NCBI GenBank assembly: GCA_003450735.1
Contig: DMEZ01000072.1
Span: 39,846-103,845, forward strand
DNA: 64,000 bases
Source of the DNA: Elusimicrobiota bacterium
GTDB lineage: Bacteria > Elusimicrobiota > Elusimicrobia > UBA1565
Reading direction: 5' to 3'
The notes under the pieces were generated by a model. The model was not told the DNA's origin and searched no databases. It saw only the letters and a program-made list of their open reading frames with translations. Of this stretch, positions 59,186 to 64,000 are shown piece after piece. Position 1 is the stretch's first letter. Each line of letters opens with the position of its first letter. A program made the translations under genes and the position numbers.

Positions 59186-60535
59186 CTACCTGGGAGCCGG
59201 GATCGTCAGCACGGAGCCCTCGAGGGGCAGGCCGCGCTCGATCTTGTCCGGGTTGGCCTCGAAGATCCGCTCCCAGAGCGCCGCGTCGCCGTAGTGCTCC
59301 TTGGCGATGCCGCGCAGGGTCTCGCCCGCCTTGACGGCGTGCCGGCGCGGGAAGGCGGGGGCCGCCGGCGCCCTGGGCTTGGGTTCCGGCTTCGGCTTGG
59401 GCGGCTCCTCGACCTTGGGGGGCTTGGGCGCCGCGTGGGTGAGATCGTACTCCGCCTGCTCGAGCTGATGCTCGGTGTCGCGCGTGCGGTCCTGCAGCTC
59501 CTTGAGGCGCTCCTGCAGGGTGCGCACCTGGCTCTCCACGCTCGTGCGGTCGGTCTCGCCTGCGCTCACCTGCGCGTCGAGGTCATTCTTGCGCTGCTCG
59601 AGGTCGAGGATGTCGGTGCGCAGGTCCTCCGCGCGGCGGGCCGCCGTCCCGATGAAGCGGCCGAAGAAGGGCGGCGCGCCGAATTTATAGGTGCAGGAGA
59701 GCTGGGCGCCGCCGCCGGGGCGGTTGAAGCCGGCCCAAGGCACCTGCAGCGCGAAGTCGATGAAGACCGGGGAGAAGTTCGCGCCGAGCCCCAGGGCCCA
59801 CTGCCCCTCCCCGTCCAGCGGGAAGCCCCGGCCCAGGCGCACCTGCAGGAGCTGCTGGAAGAAGTCGGTTTCCACGCCGGGGTAGACCATGGTCAGGCCC
59901 GGGCGGATGCGCACGTCCAGCGCCAGGGTCGCGCGCTTCTTGAGGCGGTAGGCGCCCCCCAGGTTCAGGGAGGGGTTGCTCACGCCGAGGCTGGTGGTCA
60001 TGTCCGCGACCGAGAAGCCCGCCTTGAAGTCCTTGCCGGAGTCCAGCAGCACGCCCGCGTCGAGCCCGAGCCCGAACTTGCTGCCCCCATTGTCGTGGCT
60101 GACGTTCATGAACTTGAAGTTCCCGCCGAACTTGAGCGGCTGGCGCAGATAGATCTGCGGGAAGCGCATCTGGTGGGAGAAGTGCAGGAGGAAGCTGTCC
60201 TTGTCGCCGCTCTCGTTCTGGCGCATGCCGTAGAAGGCCGCGCCCACGGTCGAGCCCGGCAGGATGGGCAAAGGGCGGGTGTAGGCCATGAACCCGGAAG
60301 AGGCCAGGCCCACCGGCGAGATGAGGCGCCCCAGGCCCGTCTGCGCCTGCGTGAAGTCGCTGCCGGCCAGGCCGGCCGGGTTGAAGAAAAGGGCCTCGGG
60401 CCCCTCCGCGACGGCGGTATAGGCCATGCCCATGCCCATGGCGCGGGCCCCGGGGGTGAAATCGTTGAAATTGGCGGCCCCAGCCGGGACGGCCGGGAAA
60501 AGGAGGACGAGCGACGCAAAAGCGGCTCTCAGCAC
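59186..60535 (-). CDS. PorV/PorQ-like outer-membrane beta-barrel fused to coiled coil, Pro-rich linker and C-terminal LysM domain
   Basis: Signal (M)LRAAFASLVLLFPAVPAGA. ARAMGMGMAYTAVAEGPEALFFNPAGLA. Coiled coil DLEQRKNDLDAQV...LQERLKELQDR. PKPPKVEEPPKPKPEPKP. LysM HAVKAGETLRGIAKEHYGDAALWERIFEANP. GTG start. Confidence 0.75.
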   Translation of the reverse strand: MLRAAFASLVLLFPAVPAGAANFNDFTPGARAMGMGMAYTAVAEGPEALFFNPAGLAGSDFTQAQTGLGRLISPVGLASSGFMAYTRPLPILPGSTVGAAFYGMRQNESGDKDSFLLHFSHQMRFPQIYLRQPLKFGGNFKFMNVSHDNGGSKFGLGLDAGVLLDSGKDFKAGFSVADMTTSLGVSNPSLNLGGAYRLKKRATLALDVRIRPGLTMVYPGVETDFFQQLLQVRLGRGFPLDGEGQWALGLGANFSPVFIDFALQVPWAGFNRPGGGAQLSCTYKFGAPPFFGRFIGTAARRAEDLRTDILDLEQRKNDLDAQVSAGETDRTSVESQVRTLQERLKELQDRTRDTEHQLEQAEYDLTHAAPKPPKVEEPPKPKPEPKPRAPAAPAFPRRHAVKAGETLRGIAKEHYGDAALWERIFEANPDKIERGLPLEGSVLTIPAPR

Positions 60536-60542
60536 GTCGGGG

Positions 60543-60548
60543 ATTATA
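60543..60548 (-). promoter_or_regulatory. -10 box TATAAT 7 nt before the GTG start at 60535 (leaderless-type arrangement)
   Basis: The minus strand reads gtagTATAATccccgacGTGctg. Confidence 0.4.
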
Positions 60549-60645
60549 CTACATCCCTATTACGGGGCTGTTTCGTCGCGCCTCGAGGGGCGCGTCGCCC
60601 CTGGCGGGCAGCCGTTCTCCTCTCCCGCCGGGGGCCGGCCGGCTC

Positions 60646-63168
60646 TCAGCGCCTGTTCTTGCGCTTGCGCTCGAGCGTCGCCCTCATGTCGTCCTCGAGG
60701 TCCGTGAGCTCCTGGGACAAGGTCTTGATCATCTCCTCCGCCTTGAAGGGCCGCTTCGGCGTCAGGATGGCGGCTTCGGCCTTTTCCTCCGCGGCCGCCT
60801 CGTCTTCCGGTTCCGGAAGGGCGGCCGCCGCGGGCTTGACCGGGCGCGCCGCCGGGAGCTCTTCGGCCTGCTCCACGACGGCGAACTCGGCGGGCCCGCC
60901 CACCGAGTCCATCCAGCGCTTGGCCACGGCGGATTTGACCGAGAAGTTGACGCTCGTGATGGCCAGGCCGTCGGCGGCCTTGCGGGCGATGGAGGTGTTC
61001 ACGCCGATGAGGGCGCCCCGGCGGTCGATGAGCGGCCCGCCGGAGTTCCCCCGGTTGATGCTCGCGTCGGTCTGGAAGGCGTCCTTGCCCTTCACGCCGC
61101 CCAAGTCGGCGACGACGGTGCTCACGACGCCCTGGGTCAGCGTCCAGAGGCCGCCCTGCTCGGGGTGGCCGATGGCGACCACCGCCTCGCCGGGCTCGAC
61201 CGAATCGGAGTCCCCGAGCGGCAGCGTCCGCAGGTCCTCCGGCGCGTCCTCGAGCTCCGCGACGGCGAGGTCGAGGGCGCGGTCCCACTTCGCGACCCGC
61301 GCGAGGCGAGGCTCCCCGACGTCCTTCCTGGGGTCTCCCGTGAGCTTGGCGGGTTTGAGATAGACGCGGATCTCCTCCCAGGGCTTGCCCGTGGAGGCGC
61401 TGATGACCACGTGCGCGTTGGTCAGGATGCGGCCCTTCTCGTCGAGGATGCTCCCCGTGCCGATCTCGCCCTTCCCGTCCGGGCTCGAGCAGACGATGAG
61501 GACCACGGCCGGGGCCGCCGCCTTGTAGACCTGCTGCGGGGTCATCTCCGCCTTGGCCGGCACGGTCCGAGCGGGGGCCGGCCCGGCGTCCTTCGCCTCG
61601 TCCGCGGGGGCCTCGCCCTCCGTCCCTTCGACGGACGCGGCGAGCTTCTCGTAGGCCGAGCCCAGCTTGCCGTGGAGCTCGGCGCTCGCCTGCGTGGGAA
61701 GCTGCGCCTCCATCTCGTCGCGCGACTGATAGAGACTCACGGTCGTGGGCTTGATGACGCTCCCCGTCCCGACGAACAGCTTTTCATCTTCCGGATCCAG
61801 CCGCGCCACCTCGCACACAGCCCCCTTGAGACGGCCCTGCGCCACGACGCAGGACGCGACGCCCCGCCGCGGGTCGACCTTGAAGCAGCGGGTGAGGGCG
61901 GGGTGGTATGCGGACAGACAGTCGTCGCGCTCGACGGCGGGGATGCTCCGCATACCGGTTCCAGGACCCGTGCTGGGGATCGGCCTCTTATCGCACACGA
62001 GCTCCGGCTTCTTCTGGTATTTGACGCAGTGGCAATCCAAGCCCGGCGTGGCGCACTCCTGCCGCGGCTTGAGCCAGTGGCAGGGGAGGTCGTTGGGGTC
62101 GCATGGCGAGGGGACCGGCTTCTCGTTCGCGACCTCGGGAGCCGGCGCAGCGGCGGGCGCGGCCGGCGGCTCGCCGGCGCCGCCTCTCTTCTTGCGCTGG
62201 TTGTTGTAGATGAGGTAGGCGATGCCGCCGATGACCGCGAGGCCGAGCGTGGCCCAGCCCGCCTCCTGGAGGGTCTCGGGGTCCACGGCCAGGTCCGCCG
62301 AGGCGTCGCGGCTCACGCGCTGGTACTCCTGCGCGTAGCGGCTCCCGCCCTGGCGGGACGCCTCCTGGTATTCCAGGGCCGCGAGGGTGAGGTAGACCGA
62401 TCGGAGGGCCTCGCGGCGCGAGCGGACGCCGGCGGCGGCGGAGCCGTTCTTCTTGAGCGCCTCGTCGTAATCCTCGTCCGAGGCGGCTTCGAGCACCCCG
62501 GCCAGCTCACGCAGGCGCGCCCGCTTCTTCTCCGTCCGCGCGGCCTTGGATTCGGTCTCGGGGGCGGCGGCGGCCAGTTCTTCGTATACGGAGCCCATCT
62601 TGTAGTGGGCGTCGGCCTTCTCCTCCGGCTTGGCGTCGGGGCGGGAGAGGTTCGTCTCGATCTCGCCGATGGCCCCTTCCAGCTTCGCCGTCTTGGGGTC
62701 CTCGCCGGTCGAGCGGCCGACGGCGATCATGCCGCCGTAGAGCGCGAACTTCAGGGACGCCATGCCGAGCCACTTGAGCGCGTCGAGCCCCCAGCCGGTC
62801 TCCTGCAGGGTGTTGGGGTCGATCCCGACGGCCTGGGCGTCCTCCTGGAGCACGCGCTCGAGGGCCTGGTCGGCCTGAGGCTGCGAGGCTTGGCGGTACT
62901 CGAGCGCGGCGAGGGTGGTGTAGGAGGCTTTGATGGCCGCTCCCCGGGATGCCAGCGCGGGGGAGGCCGCGGCCTCTTTCGGGAGCTCCTTGAGAGCCTT
63001 GTCGTAGTCGTCGTCCGAGAAGGACTTGAGCAGCAAGACGAGCTGCTTCATCCGGGCGGCCTGCTCCTCGGGGGTGCGGCCCGACGCGTCCGGAGCCGAG
63101 CGGGCCGGCACCGGCAGGAGCGGGAACAGCAGGCCGAAGACGAGCAGGACCGAGATCGTTTTCTTCAT
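60646..63168 (-). CDS. S1C (HtrA/DegP-like) serine protease with long N-terminal region: duplicated unrecognised module, TM helix, Cys-rich insert; no PDZ domain
   Basis: 840 aa from MKKTISVLLVFGLLFPLL (GGAGAG lies 9 nt upstream). Triad contexts ILTNAHVV, ALDLAVAEL, TDASINRGNSGGPL. 12 Cys between PSPCDPNDLPCHW and GAVCEVARL. Confidence 0.85.
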   Translation of the reverse strand: MKKTISVLLVFGLLFPLLPVPARSAPDASGRTPEEQAARMKQLVLLLKSFSDDDYDKALKELPKEAAASPALASRGAAIKASYTTLAALEYRQASQPQADQALERVLQEDAQAVGIDPNTLQETGWGLDALKWLGMASLKFALYGGMIAVGRSTGEDPKTAKLEGAIGEIETNLSRPDAKPEEKADAHYKMGSVYEELAAAAPETESKAARTEKKRARLRELAGVLEAASDEDYDEALKKNGSAAAGVRSRREALRSVYLTLAALEYQEASRQGGSRYAQEYQRVSRDASADLAVDPETLQEAGWATLGLAVIGGIAYLIYNNQRKKRGGAGEPPAAPAAAPAPEVANEKPVPSPCDPNDLPCHWLKPRQECATPGLDCHCVKYQKKPELVCDKRPIPSTGPGTGMRSIPAVERDDCLSAYHPALTRCFKVDPRRGVASCVVAQGRLKGAVCEVARLDPEDEKLFVGTGSVIKPTTVSLYQSRDEMEAQLPTQASAELHGKLGSAYEKLAASVEGTEGEAPADEAKDAGPAPARTVPAKAEMTPQQVYKAAAPAVVLIVCSSPDGKGEIGTGSILDEKGRILTNAHVVISASTGKPWEEIRVYLKPAKLTGDPRKDVGEPRLARVAKWDRALDLAVAELEDAPEDLRTLPLGDSDSVEPGEAVVAIGHPEQGGLWTLTQGVVSTVVADLGGVKGKDAFQTDASINRGNSGGPLIDRRGALIGVNTSIARKAADGLAITSVNFSVKSAVAKRWMDSVGGPAEFAVVEQAEELPAARPVKPAAAALPEPEDEAAAEEKAEAAILTPKRPFKAEEMIKTLSQELTDLEDDMRATLERKRKNRR

Positions 63169-63326
63169 GAAGTGGGCTCTCCAGTGCGTCCGCCGAGTAT
63201 ATCCTCTTTCCCCGTCCCGCCACAAGCCGACGAGGCCGTGACTTGAATCACCCCGCTCTGCCGAGAGCTTGAAAAAGCATGAATAATGCTAATATCGGAA
63301 ACGGTGGATTTCCCGGAGGCCCTACG

Positions 63327-64000
63327 ATGACCCGACTCGTCCAGCGATGCCTGTGCGTCGCGCTCGCCGCCCTGCTGCTCCTGCCCGCGCCCGGCATCGT
63401 CAGGGCCACCCAGGACGATGGCGCATCGGCCGGCTCCACGAGCCAGGAGAAGAAGTCGAAGCTCAAGCAGCTGGTTTTGCTGCTCCTCTCCTGGACGAAC
63501 GAGGAGTACGCCAACGCCATCAGCCAGGCGCAGGACCAGAACGCCCCCTACCTCGCCTCCCGAGGGGCGGCGCTCCAGAACGCCTACTCGAGCTTGGCCG
63601 CGCTGGAATACAAGGACGCCGCGGCCGGCGCGCCGGAGAAGGACGACTACTCGAAGGCCTACGAGCAGGCCTCGAGGGCCCCGAATCTCGCCGTGAGCCC
63701 CGAGACCCTGCAGGAGACCGGGCTGGCCCTCGACGCGGTCAAGTGGCTCGGCAACGCGGCGCTCAACTACTGGCTCACCGGCGGCCCGACCCTGGTCGGG
63801 CGCGGCATGAACACGGATCCCGAGACGACCAAGCTGAACCGGACCATCGACGAACTCGAGCAGCAGCTGGCCGGCTCCGAGCTGGACCACGCCCAGCGCG
63901 CGGATGCGCACCACAGGCTGGGCCTCGCCTACGAAAAGCTGGCCAAGGCCGCGGCGAAGCCCGAATCCGCCGACGCCCTCGCCGCGAAGAAGAAGGCTCG
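63327..64000 (+). CDS. Secreted protein, partial (runs off the right edge), paralogous to the protease N-terminal module
   Basis: Not in the track (no stop). MTRLVQRCLCVALAALLLLPAPGIVRA...KLKQLVLLLLSWTNEEYANAI...LASRGAALQNAYSSLAALEYKD...PETLQETGLALDAVKWLGNAAL...RADAHHRLGLAYEKLAKAA. GGAGG lies 7 nt upstream. Confidence 0.75.
   Translation, partial: MTRLVQRCLCVALAALLLLPAPGIVRATQDDGASAGSTSQEKKSKLKQLVLLLLSWTNEEYANAISQAQDQNAPYLASRGAALQNAYSSLAALEYKDAAAGAPEKDDYSKAYEQASRAPNLAVSPETLQETGLALDAVKWLGNAALNYWLTGGPTLVGRGMNTDPETTKLNRTIDELEQQLAGSELDHAQRADAHHRLGLAYEKLAKAAAKPESADALAAKKKA

Noticed and set aside
1-64000. CRISPR arrays, tRNA/rRNA genes, insertion sequences, integrases, prophage genes
   Set aside because: I saw no short direct repeats with unique spacers, no T-loop-like GGTTCGA(A/G)TCC strings, and no transposase, integrase or phage structural protein signatures in any credible ORF. 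The only mobility hint is the low-GC DUF4160/DUF2442 islet.

Overview
Very GC-rich (about 70% by eye) bacterial chromosomal segment from a diderm-type organism (AsmA, PorV-like barrel, LysM, type IV pilus ATPases). I saw no rRNA, tRNA, CRISPR, transposase or integrase. Coding density is very high. Most genes lie on the minus strand in long operons whose junctions are 1-4 nt stop/start overlaps. The supplied ORF track is dominated by Arg/Gly/Pro-rich alternative-frame artefacts and misses the two ORFs that run off the window edges. The largest feature is an untracked minus-strand ORF (12085 to <1, at least 4028 codons, still open at the edge). It encodes a signal peptide, a parallel beta-helix region and 17 tandem di-domain FN3-like units (period about 576 bp). 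Other content, in order: mtgA-addA-addB-NYN operon; a low-GC islet with two DUF4160/DUF2442 pairs (one DUF4160 internally deleted); glpK and sugE; a long operon of pilT / receiver-fused PilB-like ATPase / TPR / PAS histidine kinase, followed by Zn-ribbon protein / Upf1-DNA2-like SF1 helicase / GT-C-like membrane protein; an OmpR regulator with a Cys-rich protein and a DUF4384 protein; asmA-pyrE-MFS-purB-SAM hydrolase-rlmI; a Ser/Thr kinase operon; gcvT-gcvH-lipoyl ligase-like; two tandem secreted ComEC-type MBL paralogues; lexA-orf82-dinB with a perfect palindromic operator; an RHH-PIN toxin-antitoxin pair; and an envelope module (S1C protease with a duplicated unrecognised N-module, PorV-like barrel fused to LysM, pseudo-receiver/TM/beta-propeller protein, PilZ-like protein). 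All family calls rest on motif recognition by eye; nothing was checked against a database.
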